Positions 20,101 through 28,550 of a stretch of 64,000 nt of DNA are shown piece after piece. The notes under the pieces were generated by a model. The model searched no databases. It had not been told where the DNA came from and was given only the letters and a program-made list of their open reading frames with translations. This stretch comes from a virus. Made by a program: the position numbers and the translations under genes. Location of the stretch: the IMG/VR virus record IMGVR_UViG_3300047557_004034, positions 32,001 through 96,000 of that record, one strand, 5' to 3'. Positions within the stretch are counted from its first letter, which is position 1. Each line of letters starts with the position of its first letter.

Positions 20101-21045
20101 TATCTTTTCATACCCCCTCTCACTTACCACCGAAGTAACAATATTTTGTTGGTTATTCGTTGGTGCGGAAGCACCCTTTCCGTTTACCGATTCTTGTTTG
20201 ACTTGACCAACAGTTGGGTTTGGGTTTACTGTTAAATCATATCTTTTGGAGTACATGTGTGGTGTTGCCAACAAATGACCCACTAAAATTTCGTTCAGAA
20301 TATTAAATTTATATCCTTTGAATTCCAAACTCACTTGGTAGTTACCACTGAACGAGTTAAACCTTGCATTAAATTTTTCTAAATTAAGTTGATATCTGAT
20401 TGCCTGTCCATAGTAACCCTTAAGGGTTAAATAGAAAGGTGGATAAGGTAAATTGAAAAATGCCGCATAAGGTGAATTATCACCCAATTGAAATAATGCT
20501 CGTCCTTGTACGTCTTCAAGTTCTATGGTAACACTTGGTATGAAGCTAAGTCCAACCCTAACATTTATACTTGTTATACCCAAAAGTCCATTATCTACTG
20601 CACCGTCAACTCCATTAGTAACAACACCAGCTTTATAAGATGCTGTTTTTTCTCTTGGGTTACCTTGTATTGTTTCTGTTGGTTGATTCACCCCCATACC
20701 ATTCAAACCTGTTTTTGGCGACTTACCTGTCGTATTCAAACCTGTCAATTCGTCGTAGTATGAAGTTGAAAAATAATCTTTTTCGTTAGGTGCCAAAAAA
20801 TTTATCTTGGCAATTGAAACTGTGGTTGCTGCGTTTTGAGGACTTCCACCTACAGCTAATTTTGTTCTTGGTAGTACTTCCGCCTCCAAATTACAAAACA
20901 TTACAAGATTCTCGTGGTCAACAAGTCTTTCCTGTATGTTACCATTCGCATCAATAGTTTTGTTGGGGTCAACTACAATGATGTTGTTGTAATCGAACTC
21001 AACCAAAATACCACCCGCGTTATCTGGAAGTAAGTTACCTACCAT
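14170..21045 (-). CDS. Very large baseplate hub-like protein (gp27/gpD-like termini) with C-terminal IPT/TIG Ig-like domain
   Basis: 2291 aa; GITSINV...VTIELEDVQG near the N-terminus and GNAMIQPTMYFNL...GPYMIQEVTHTI near the C-terminus are hub-like; PTITKFDP...LSGTNL...GKIKIITSGG is IPT-like; canonical position after TMP and LysM-like genes. Confidence 0.6.
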   Translation of the reverse strand: MVGNLLPDNAGGILVEFDYNNIIVVDPNKTIDANGNIQERLVDHENLVMFCNLEAEVLPRTKLAVGGSPQNAATTVSIAKINFLAPNEKDYFSTSYYDELTGLNTTGKSPKTGLNGMGVNQPTETIQGNPREKTASYKAGVVTNGVDGAVDNGLLGITSINVRVGLSFIPSVTIELEDVQGRALFQLGDNSPYAAFFNLPYPPFYLTLKGYYGQAIRYQLNLEKFNARFNSFSGNYQVSLEFKGYKFNILNEILVGHLLATPHMYSKRYDLTVNPNPTVGQVKQESVNGKGASAPTNNQQNIVTSVVSERGYEKISQVYSEYKAKGLIEPDFPEITFYQLIQKIDTFEKNIMSQYTQADVQPLTDCRSYKSTLTKYYEKIYQSNDSWFNTYLNPNPIVLKDGQKRFTYKQGLSPQAKTDAIGDLTKYIKEYNKALAENGTLGVVSSKSVINNPITKDIFTEPKLNLAEIDGLETLKERGVFFENETSKEYKDALSLIIPSLLPKFVKEQNSGKTQLLSDNTFNLQTFIDNIRSMEAQANKKLSDYESEITATLAKKLEDDKIGLGFRPTVRNISAIIMASTEGFIRLMDEVHTKSWSLRNDPVRRSAILNNESAAVSSDAKQNVEGSSPNSTLNSSNIPIYPWPQFFVETNEDKKGKFQLKYLADPSVVDVTKGNRYDVWPEVEFVEEYLKGLTQKFQSPIAPPPLENSSQTNLLNINSLEFPQNNIAYRNKDEIKFFYEIWERQYLTSFYTGLGRVQGTSKDELNLLVTNYESENIKTSLGTSSPYLTYKLKNYQITAQNYQNTLYSFSNQGTGRLYQQYIRDFFVTPYINGYLRNSFEIRELNDIGPTLQNNLAKYSVQLEKIIDTTPNVLSIIDTYPFTDDKWCETNLVGNNTNIFPKRYQTTESLRIYKEQNVISNFTDLKNFDTNRPVTNFAFQTPENQSNLVQNNFELSNFYNLAIPTTLPMTVGKTFTDSPAVFYWGRGLPVVTTTSMLNTPFFVNSILQGVDNWRRGNKTPYKVAAYLFLNSLPLISLREKLKSLSTSVTNNALSETITQISQIDDMNYMFAVMKKFGAIHKLPYAWILKFGSIWHRYKTYKQTGVDIISEAWKDFDYVSAYDPITKNVGKKYTFTNTSGNKDKSQIIDIQLQANNNTTYKIQPGFYPKVLNDFNVFYNGYDLFKDYTNEELQSLVNRGLQIVNLPGGNIENVGGLNDTTFNVYPWSVLLPANVEFSAKTQECQPPIIGDIQRLYVVPSFGANINEANEALVTPEGIANGYTFVGNKAVFNGSARLFWSASNFGYFDTSKIKQPKYDEYLNTYQPNAIDMVPFRFSELENYMKIDDVFGVFEKNILDRFEEEFLNFSKPISDITDTSIASYNNFASEANDVFRNFQLLFKNMMLVKPNTSNIPQETFFTKTIGEQFDVVNNQLTTFMEYDIVFKYGNPSEYNRRIFASFLSHNTTPQLVDPINFEPYVKGSLPTTGGITLGLSKQQYPKEWLELELQVGFSTIEALRYKDQGSYITDFFIDNNIKFSVPNIQILAPIIKMYATQKLQSITVAGFRVRLQQYIDQCQSLQDLFINSVMNNLRQNLSGQSQVQETTKQSVVDGQQSKVTIYETFKALNDKWIAGGDYESKTIFEDILFLDRASRNIGDDLLIDVFRLKSMLSTSSMNEIMSVYTLLAGILIDNNFSIMNLPAYVNFYNVQDVDGISNRKPEGTLNFANNLWGTFLSVDYRDSGPKMVCFFTGKPSNYLELPDNNYYRFKTDAFDLRRASDNPLVENQQGKTDWGLSNKCVGFNVDIGVRNQNIFYSFQVGQDSGKATAEAISQVYNMSTLASGLGNATQNVGLYNLYNQRSYPCTVVAVGNAMIQPTMYFNLRHVPMFNGPYMIQEVTHTITPGSFQTQFNGIRQAVFDYPQIDKYLQSINQNLLTKVEALIKNSSEKPSVPPTTDQGKADKKVSDAKQSPSPENSCVNNVDLVYLNNQFVSTKFVATNITPEQMITSINDVLIKKNVTDISMKAIIYSICYVSTFKENKFMGYGNNYSAAINLSENFSPTYNDYFEKTYMCVKNKLRDSPWAVFNTTDKFVEFLYERLRQRRNLIEKEGLWLFYNCYYPNTKSSVSEPFFYSGRRTNDNIKQNGARLEAGLNSFNQLATNTSLGIQQIDVRKLIDGTVGTNDPERQNNPTNNQGTSTSGKPKCLPPTITKFDPKSQTTSGVIQPISLSGTNLLGNTQVFLNENKVTIQSINATGITFTPITKVSGKIKIITSGGTVESTDTYVFVNNSSATTTR

Positions 21046-21358
21046 AATAATAAAAATAATTTTCTAATGCACCTTTATAGTCTTGTAATGATGGTAGAAG
21101 AGGAAAAGGAATTGTCAATATTGCACCGTCAGGTATATAATTTTCCAAACCTCCATACTGTGGATTTGCTTGTAAAATAAGCCAACCAAAAAAGGGACTA
21201 CCATAAAAATCTTGAGAAACCTTATCAAGTCTGCTTCTACCGACCTTATAAATAAAAGTCTTGTCTGATGGTTTATTTGGTAGATAAACAAATGGCACAA
21301 CGGTCTGTTGTCCGTTGATTAGAAAATCCGTGTATCTGTTATAATATGCGAATGGCAT
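21035..21358 (-). CDS. LysM-like / T4 gp53-like baseplate protein
   Basis: RLDKVSQDFYGSPFFGWLILQANP...GAILTIP motif. Confidence 0.78.
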   Translation of the reverse strand: MPFAYYNRYTDFLINGQQTVVPFVYLPNKPSDKTFIYKVGRSRLDKVSQDFYGSPFFGWLILQANPQYGGLENYIPDGAILTIPFPLLPSLQDYKGALENYFYYYGR

Positions 21359-24300
21359 TAGTTAAATTTTGTTTTTGTTATTACGATTGGTCCTTGACTA
21401 TCGTTGAAGGTTTGATTATTAGTGTTTGTCGCTGGTAGTATAAGTGAATTAATAAGTGTTTTTCTATTTGACATCAAAATATCTTCTGTCGTATTTCCTG
21501 GTTCGTTAGTGAAAGTCATATCTCTAACTTGTGTTTTATCAACTTCCACAAAATTTATAAAGTTTTGTAGTTGGTTTGTTTCCATATAATTTAAAAATTC
21601 TAACGCTGCCTTATTTTGTTTTTCGAAGGCAGGTTTTGCCTTTCCTAACCAATAAGCATCAAATTCTTTTTGCAAATCTTTATCAACGTCTTCCAAAAGT
21701 TTTGCATTACTCAAAATATTACCAATCATTTCATTTTTGAATGTCTCATATTTTTTACTATCAGTGACATCTGTACTCAGTATTGTATATTCTCTCCTAA
21801 AACTTTGACTATTAAATTCGGAACCTGTTCCAATTGCCCTGAATGTATCATTTTCTGAAGCTGAATTCTCTCCAGTTTCAGGAAGAATTACCAAATTGTT
21901 ATATGGTTTACCCTCGAAAGTGAAAGTATATTTATTATTTAGTTTTGCAAGATATTGATTCAGACTTGTTTTAATTTTCACACCATCCGTTGTGAGACCA
22001 TTTAGTGTTGTACTTCCTGATGTATAATAAACAACTGGGTCTTTACCATTTGGTTGATACCCGTCTGAACCGGTTTGAGTTGGTGTTCCATAGGTAATAA
22101 TATTATATCTCGCAATAAGGTTATTGTAACTTGTTTGTTGGTTTGTTAATCCCTGTATTACTGTGAATACTGAATTTGTAAACGTATTTTTTTTCCTATT
22201 TAAAGTGTCTTTATAATTATTTTTTAAAGTTCGTAATACTTTTTTCGAAAAGTTTTTTACGTCCATATATTTCAAGAAATCATCTTGGTCTGATTCAATA
22301 TCAGCCAAATATTTTTGGAAAATAGTATCGACTCTTTTCTGAATCACGGAAGGTTTTCCGTATAGGAAAGTATCAACACCGGAACCTATTATTATTTCTC
22401 CTTTAGTATAATTTCTACCTAAAGTCGCTTGTTGTCTAATTGACTCGTTGTATTGTGCTAAAATTTCTTTGTTCTTGTTCATGATGTCTCTGAAATAATT
22501 CTGAGTACCTTCAACAAAATCAGACATGAATTTTGTGTATGAGGTAACTCCGCTTACTCCGTTTGGAGTGGAAACACTTTGAACAATATTACCAATAGTC
22601 GTTGAATTACTTTGACCAGGGTTATTTTGAACTTGGTTCTGTGTTGGTGGTGCTTGTTGTCCGTAGAGTGAAGCGAACTCAGCATCAAGACTTGCCAAAC
22701 TTTCTGTATCAGTTGCTTCAGCTCTGTCGTCATAAACCTCGGTGTTAGCATAGTAATTAAACGTGAGTGCATTCTGTATTTTATCTACCGCATCTTTGAT
22801 TCCACTTCCACCGACAAACTTGAAACCTAATGTAACATTTGCAATCATTGGTTGAACTCCGATACCTTCTGGATTTAAATCCAAACTTTCATACTGTAAT
22901 TGCAATGACTCAGGTATAATTTTAGTATTATAAAAATCTCCCACTCTTAAGACTAGTACAGGTGGTGTACCAAAAGCAGTATTCACCGCATTACTATAAT
23001 CTAAAACCTGTTTTCCATTTACTGATTTTATTGTCGGTATCGTGTCACCAGGTCTCATGCATTGATTCAAGAATGTTAGTCTCGAATTCAATCCTTCGGG
23101 TGTTGTTGAGTGGAAACCGGGGTGAAAGAACTTTAATTTGTCTTTCAAATTATCATAAACCATGGGAGTGTCTTCTTTGATACTTTCGAAATAATCACAT
23201 TCTGTGAGTAAAAGTCTTAAAACTCTTTTGGACAAATTATCGGCAAGCCTTGTTCTTTGGACCTCAACAGTTTCTGTTGTAGTTTGTTGTGTTATTTGTT
23301 GTACCGACTGTGTAGTTGTCGTAACCTGTGGCTGAGTGTTTGTAGGTTGTGTGTCAGTTATTCCCTGTTGTATCGGTGTTATTTTCACATTAGAAATCAA
23401 AACTCTTCTACAAGCCATAGCGTTGACTGTATATATTTTTTTTGTTGCCGCCTGACTATCTTTAGTGTCTTCTTTACAGTTGTATTTTACAGATTCCTTA
23501 TTAATCATTTTGGTGGTGACCTCACCTTCTTCCCCTAATGCGACTGAGTCGTTGAAAGTTATTCCACCTTTAATTAATTCCCCTAAAGGTTTCTTACCAG
23601 TAACAGATGGATAACCTAAAATAAATTTCTTGACTGATTCATTTCTTCTTTCAGAAAGACTTTTATTGTATGCCACACTTGCCGGTGCTGAAGCTGTTCC
23701 TGATAAGGTAAAATTAATAGATTCAATTTGTGCAGCGTTTTCATAAATTTTATCTAATTGCTTCGAAATTTCACTATAATTATTTTTTATTACTTCAGTG
23801 AAAAATGTTTCAACAACACTTGGGTTCGATGTGTATGGTGTGGTTTGATTTGGTGCTTCTTTTACATACGTAGGTTCCTGCTTTTCATAATCATTATAGT
23901 AATTTTTAAAACTAGTTACATTCCCTTTTGGAATATCATTATCGAAATAGAATCCTTGACCTCTCAATGCTTCTTCGATAGGAGCAACTGAAAGAGATGG
24001 ATTTGCCACTTTTTGATTATTGATATCTGAACTTGTATTTACCCCTGTCTGAACGTCTCTCTTAATCCAATCTACCTGTTCTTTTGTAAGTTGTTTCGAA
24101 TCTAATTCAGTTTGTATGACATATAAATCGTTCGGATTTGCCAAAGGATATCTTTTAGCCAGCTCATACAAATCGTATTTCACACAACCAGCAAAGAAAG
24201 ATTCTAATAAACTATTAATTTTATCTCTGTTTGTTTCATTATTTAAAACTTTGTTAACGACTAAATTCAAAACTGATGGATGGTCAACAACTATTTTCCA

Positions 24301-26346
24301 TGAAAGACTACCTCCCCTACTTGTGTTACTATAAGTGTATATTGGTTCAGGTCTTCCGATGAAACTCGAATCTTTCCATGAAGCATTTGTACTTTCACTG
24401 AAAGTTAGTCCATATGGTGGAAACCACATGATTCTACCTCCGTTAGGTCCTCTTTCACACACCGGTAAGTCAGAATAAGTAAATCCGGGTTTGGAAGAAC
24501 TTCTCCATGCTAAATTTTCCAAAGAGAACATATATTTCTTTACATGACCATCTGTGTCAGGATTTCCGACTAAATTTGTCGAATCAGCAGTACCATCTTT
24601 CCTGTTTGGGTAAATGTTTAAATTGTATGTACTATCTAAAACAGAATATGAAATCTTTCTGTTTTGTGTGGTTATACCTTCTGTTTTTTGTAAGTTACTA
24701 AAATTTAGATATGGTATATCTTTAGCAAACACTCTACAATATTCCACTCCTCTCTCCTGTCCAATTGCACCTGTATATTTTATAACTCTTGAACCTTTAG
24801 TTAATTCTTTATATCCATCATTGAATACTTTACTAACTTGGTCTATAGCATTCCCAACGTGTTGTAGTCTTCTCCCTCCAGCTGGTTGACTATCAATGAG
24901 CTTCTGTGTGTCATCTAAGATTGAACCTTCCCTAAATTGAAGGTTATTCGATTCTGTATTTACATAAGATGATGGTCTGAAATTTTCATCAATATCTAAA
25001 ATCTCTCCTCCAATACCAACTTTTTTACCAGCATTTGCCCTATACTTAGGTGATACCCAAGTGAATCCTCCTTCAATACCACCACCATTGCTATAGGTTG
25101 GTCCATTTGCACCTAACTTAACTTCTCTCGAAGGTCCTTCGTATAATTGGGCGAGTTCTTGGGGTCCGTATACAGGTGATTGTACTTCTCTTGCAAAGTT
25201 GTCAACGGGTAAATCACCGCCCGGTGAGAAAACTCTTGATGGTTCCGATGTTATAGAACCAATATAGTAATTACTATTATTTGTGTTTGTTCCAACTATG
25301 ACACCACCAAGTCTATCGAAAATAGACCTGTTGTATCCAGGTTTAAATCTGTTATAATCTAAGTTACCAAATAACCTGGATTTCTGACCACCACCTGTAT
25401 TTTCTAAAAAAATTTGAGAACCTGTTTTAGTTCCACCTAATAATCTATTAAAAAACTTTCCTGTAGTACTTCTTCTAAAAGCGTTACCTAGTTGTTGTAT
25501 TGTTGTTGGTTGTCCAATTTGTATTGAAGGGTCAAAGTAAGACCCGGGTATTGGCGAAAGTGGAATGATTGAACCGGCCAATCTTAATGCGAAATCTGTT
25601 GCAGCTAAAATTGGACCGGCCGGAACTGTAATTTGATAGTTAGGCTCAATCACAGGTATTCTACCTGTCAATAAACTAAGAACATCTGTTCCACTTCTAA
25701 CATTGAAAATGTTAATCCTTCCTGTTGTCCTTTGTATTATTTCCCTACCAATCCTTGTCTCAAACTCTTTTCTTAGGATTGTAGCTCCGAGTCTAGCAAT
25801 GTATGAGTCAGAACTTAGTAGTCCGTTACTACCCAGAGGGTCTGGAGACAAAAGTATGGATACTGGATTGTATGATGATGGGTTAAAAGTTGAGGGATAT
25901 GGTTGTCCATTAGTTGCTCGGTTGTTATTTAGTTGAACTGTCTCGAGTGTTGCAATATATTCTCCCGCATCTGTAACGTCATTTGGGAATGAGTAAGCGT
26001 TGACACTTTTCCATCTTTTAGCCTCTATTGGTGCTTGGTCTAAGATATTAGCATCTTGATAACCATATTCTCCCTCGTTTGATTTCGTACCGTTGAGAGA
26101 ACCTGGGTCGGGAACTTGTTTGTACCCTCCCTCTGCTCCGTATTGATTGTTTTTATAAAGTTGTTGAGCGAACCTCGGTTCGTCTATGAGAACATCAGGT
26201 GAGTCTATTACCGCAGAGTCTGATAGGGTTGTATCGTAGTCTATTGGTGGCGTAATTCTACTTGGTGACTTTGGATAAGGCACAAGGTTCTTTACGATAA
26301 TTTTTTTTCTGAATGACTCAGAGTTTACGAGTAATGGACTTGCCAT
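21358..26346 (-). CDS. Large baseplate/tube-initiator-like protein carrying an OmpA-like peptidoglycan-binding domain
   Basis: 1662 aa; WFPPYGLTFSES...FIGRPEPIYTY and PPVLVLRVGD are tube-initiator-like; FYFDND...SGTASA...YNKSLSERRNESVK...CRRV is OmpA C-like. Confidence 0.6.
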   Translation of the reverse strand: MASPLLVNSESFRKKIIVKNLVPYPKSPSRITPPIDYDTTLSDSAVIDSPDVLIDEPRFAQQLYKNNQYGAEGGYKQVPDPGSLNGTKSNEGEYGYQDANILDQAPIEAKRWKSVNAYSFPNDVTDAGEYIATLETVQLNNNRATNGQPYPSTFNPSSYNPVSILLSPDPLGSNGLLSSDSYIARLGATILRKEFETRIGREIIQRTTGRINIFNVRSGTDVLSLLTGRIPVIEPNYQITVPAGPILAATDFALRLAGSIIPLSPIPGSYFDPSIQIGQPTTIQQLGNAFRRSTTGKFFNRLLGGTKTGSQIFLENTGGGQKSRLFGNLDYNRFKPGYNRSIFDRLGGVIVGTNTNNSNYYIGSITSEPSRVFSPGGDLPVDNFAREVQSPVYGPQELAQLYEGPSREVKLGANGPTYSNGGGIEGGFTWVSPKYRANAGKKVGIGGEILDIDENFRPSSYVNTESNNLQFREGSILDDTQKLIDSQPAGGRRLQHVGNAIDQVSKVFNDGYKELTKGSRVIKYTGAIGQERGVEYCRVFAKDIPYLNFSNLQKTEGITTQNRKISYSVLDSTYNLNIYPNRKDGTADSTNLVGNPDTDGHVKKYMFSLENLAWRSSSKPGFTYSDLPVCERGPNGGRIMWFPPYGLTFSESTNASWKDSSFIGRPEPIYTYSNTSRGGSLSWKIVVDHPSVLNLVVNKVLNNETNRDKINSLLESFFAGCVKYDLYELAKRYPLANPNDLYVIQTELDSKQLTKEQVDWIKRDVQTGVNTSSDINNQKVANPSLSVAPIEEALRGQGFYFDNDIPKGNVTSFKNYYNDYEKQEPTYVKEAPNQTTPYTSNPSVVETFFTEVIKNNYSEISKQLDKIYENAAQIESINFTLSGTASAPASVAYNKSLSERRNESVKKFILGYPSVTGKKPLGELIKGGITFNDSVALGEEGEVTTKMINKESVKYNCKEDTKDSQAATKKIYTVNAMACRRVLISNVKITPIQQGITDTQPTNTQPQVTTTTQSVQQITQQTTTETVEVQRTRLADNLSKRVLRLLLTECDYFESIKEDTPMVYDNLKDKLKFFHPGFHSTTPEGLNSRLTFLNQCMRPGDTIPTIKSVNGKQVLDYSNAVNTAFGTPPVLVLRVGDFYNTKIIPESLQLQYESLDLNPEGIGVQPMIANVTLGFKFVGGSGIKDAVDKIQNALTFNYYANTEVYDDRAEATDTESLASLDAEFASLYGQQAPPTQNQVQNNPGQSNSTTIGNIVQSVSTPNGVSGVTSYTKFMSDFVEGTQNYFRDIMNKNKEILAQYNESIRQQATLGRNYTKGEIIIGSGVDTFLYGKPSVIQKRVDTIFQKYLADIESDQDDFLKYMDVKNFSKKVLRTLKNNYKDTLNRKKNTFTNSVFTVIQGLTNQQTSYNNLIARYNIITYGTPTQTGSDGYQPNGKDPVVYYTSGSTTLNGLTTDGVKIKTSLNQYLAKLNNKYTFTFEGKPYNNLVILPETGENSASENDTFRAIGTGSEFNSQSFRREYTILSTDVTDSKKYETFKNEMIGNILSNAKLLEDVDKDLQKEFDAYWLGKAKPAFEKQNKAALEFLNYMETNQLQNFINFVEVDKTQVRDMTFTNEPGNTTEDILMSNRKTLINSLILPATNTNNQTFNDSQGPIVITKTKFN

Positions 26347-26386
26347 TTATTTCTTTTATAATAAATAGATTCTTTGAAACTTTTTA

Positions 26387-28330
26387 TTAGGCGGTGGTGT
26401 TCTTCATAGAACCGAAATTCATTGTTTTCATTTTTTCTACAACATTTGTTGTAAATGTTTCCTTAAGTCTTTCACTATTGACTAAATTGTCCTCTATTTT
26501 TGCATAATCCATTCCACTGTCCCCTTTGATATTTAATTCAAAAATTGCCGGTTTAGAAGCATCGAAACTTACAACAACCTGTTTATCACTGTCAACCATT
26601 GTTGTTTTTATCTCTCTTACAATTTCAGTTACTGTGGTGTTTCCCATGTTGTTTGCTACTGGTGTTGCAATTCTTCCTACCTTTGAATCTAAGTTATCTA
26701 TTTTTGTATTAATGCTTGAGGTTGTTGTTTTTATCTCACCCATAATTTCACCCGAAGTATTCGGATTGGCGTTCGCCATTTTATCTATAGTTTTTACAGA
26801 CCCTTTTTTTAATTGACTTTCGTCGTATTCTTTCTGAACGAACTTTTGAACCGCTCTACCAATCTCGGTATTGTTATTTGCATTTTCCTGTAAAAACTTC
26901 TCTATTCCCGTTCTTAGTTCCTCATCTCCCTTACCTTGAAGTTTTTGTAGTTCTTTGATTGCGTTTTCCACTTCTTTCATACCACCCTCACTCAAACCAT
27001 CTCCTTTACCCACCGCACTCACAAAGTTTCTTATTAGGTCCATAGATTTTTCGGCACCATCTCTGAACATTTTCAAATCAACACTACTCGCCAATGCGTT
27101 TGAGCCGGCAGCTAACACTCCACGAGCACCTTCAGCTCCTTCTCTAACTGTTGGTGTAGAAACTATCCCAAGAACCACTTTGTCTTTGATTGACTTAACG
27201 TCACTTTTTACTAAAGTAAAAGCATCCAATTGAGCTCTCTGTAAGTCTTCAACTGTCTTTGGACCTTTTTTTTGTTCTTCTATTAGTTTGTCTATCTGTT
27301 GTTGTGAAAGTTTTTCTAATTGTAAAGTATCATCGCCAACTTTGATTTCATATTTACCACCATCCCCCATCTTAGCAATATTTGCCAAATATTTCTTATC
27401 CTCTTCATTTTCGAATTGTATGTCAGGTCTAATCTGTGAGAGTTTTTTATCTAATTCCGCAGCATTCAAAGACATTTTTGAGAGTTCTTGACTACTTAAA
27501 CCAGTCTGTTTTTGTAATTCTCTCATCATCAACATACCCTGAGGATTAATTTTAAACTGTCCTGCTTTTTCATCGAAGTAAGCAAATTGTTTGGACATAT
27601 TCACAATACTATTTTGTAAACCCTCTGGGTCATTCAACGATTTGTTCATCAATTGGAAGGGGTCTGTCAAATCTCCTGCTGAAACACCTAATCTTTGGAA
27701 AGCCGATGCTAATTCTATAGCTCCTTCTGGGTCTAATGCTCTCTCAGCTAAATCCATAGTAACTCTCATGTCGGTTTTTAACATGGCCGCCTGTGCCGCC
27801 ATTTTTGTAAGTCCTACAACACCATCCTGAAAATTAAACCTGTTCATAGCCGACATATCGTTAAGAACATTGCGCATTATCAACCTTGTGTTTCCTCCAA
27901 CACTTTGTATGTATTGAATTGATTCTTCTATTTTTCCACCCACTTGAGTAAACTCTACCCCTACCTCTGAAAAACTTTCTACAATAGTTTGAACTTCTTC
28001 CCCCAAAACTTGACTACTTGCAAATAATTTGGATACTTGTTCTTCTCCAGCAACAACATTTCTTCTTGTTGCTTTACCAACGGCTTCGATAGTTTCGACA
28101 GCGTCTTTAAGGTTACCACCCAATCTATCAACTGCAGGAGTGGCATCAGTAACCGCCCCCATGAGTTCTTGCATTCTCTGTCTACCAATTCCGAATTGTT
28201 TAATCAACTCTTCAGCACCACCAACCATGTTAGCAAAACCTGCTGCAATATCATCACTACCAATTTTTGCCTCATCATATAATTTTCTGAGTGCTTCGGT
28301 AAGACTTTTGACTTTATCCTCTTCGTTCAT
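26387..28330 (-). CDS. Tape measure protein
   Basis: 647 aa, helical and Ala/Gln/Met-rich; follows the tube and chaperone genes and precedes baseplate genes. Confidence 0.7.
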   Translation of the reverse strand: MNEEDKVKSLTEALRKLYDEAKIGSDDIAAGFANMVGGAEELIKQFGIGRQRMQELMGAVTDATPAVDRLGGNLKDAVETIEAVGKATRRNVVAGEEQVSKLFASSQVLGEEVQTIVESFSEVGVEFTQVGGKIEESIQYIQSVGGNTRLIMRNVLNDMSAMNRFNFQDGVVGLTKMAAQAAMLKTDMRVTMDLAERALDPEGAIELASAFQRLGVSAGDLTDPFQLMNKSLNDPEGLQNSIVNMSKQFAYFDEKAGQFKINPQGMLMMRELQKQTGLSSQELSKMSLNAAELDKKLSQIRPDIQFENEEDKKYLANIAKMGDGGKYEIKVGDDTLQLEKLSQQQIDKLIEEQKKGPKTVEDLQRAQLDAFTLVKSDVKSIKDKVVLGIVSTPTVREGAEGARGVLAAGSNALASSVDLKMFRDGAEKSMDLIRNFVSAVGKGDGLSEGGMKEVENAIKELQKLQGKGDEELRTGIEKFLQENANNNTEIGRAVQKFVQKEYDESQLKKGSVKTIDKMANANPNTSGEIMGEIKTTTSSINTKIDNLDSKVGRIATPVANNMGNTTVTEIVREIKTTMVDSDKQVVVSFDASKPAIFELNIKGDSGMDYAKIEDNLVNSERLKETFTTNVVEKMKTMNFGSMKNTTA

Positions 28331-28357
28331 GTATAATTGGTTTCTATATAAATAGAA

Positions 28358-28380
28358 GAAGGGTTATAATTTAACCCTTC
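28358..28380 (-). terminator. Hairpin overlapping the stop of the small chaperone ORF
   Basis: gaagggtta-N5-taacccttc inverted repeat, followed by T-rich sequence and TATTTATA (28347-28354). Confidence 0.45.
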
Positions 28381-28550
28381 TGATTTTCTTGAATCCATTT
28401 ATCAAGTAGATATTTCCTTACAAAAATTGGCATTTTCTCGAAATCAGTCCAACTAACTTTCAACAACGTTGATAAGTAATAGAATTCGTCGAGTTGACCT
28501 TTCCTATAATCAGAAGAAAGGGCGAAAGAAATCAACCCCAAAACCAACAT
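28371..28550 (-). CDS. Second tail-assembly-chaperone ORF (T4 gp51-like), 59 aa, +1 frame relative to the upstream gene; possibly expressed by frameshift
   Basis: Hand translation MLVLGLISFALSSDYRKGQLDEFYYLSTLLKVSWTDFEKMPIFVRKYLLDKWIQENQKG*; below the ORF-track cutoff; fills the gap before the TMP gene. Confidence 0.72.
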   Translation of the reverse strand: MLVLGLISFALSSDYRKGQLDEFYYLSTLLKVSWTDFEKMPIFVRKYLLDKWIQENQKG

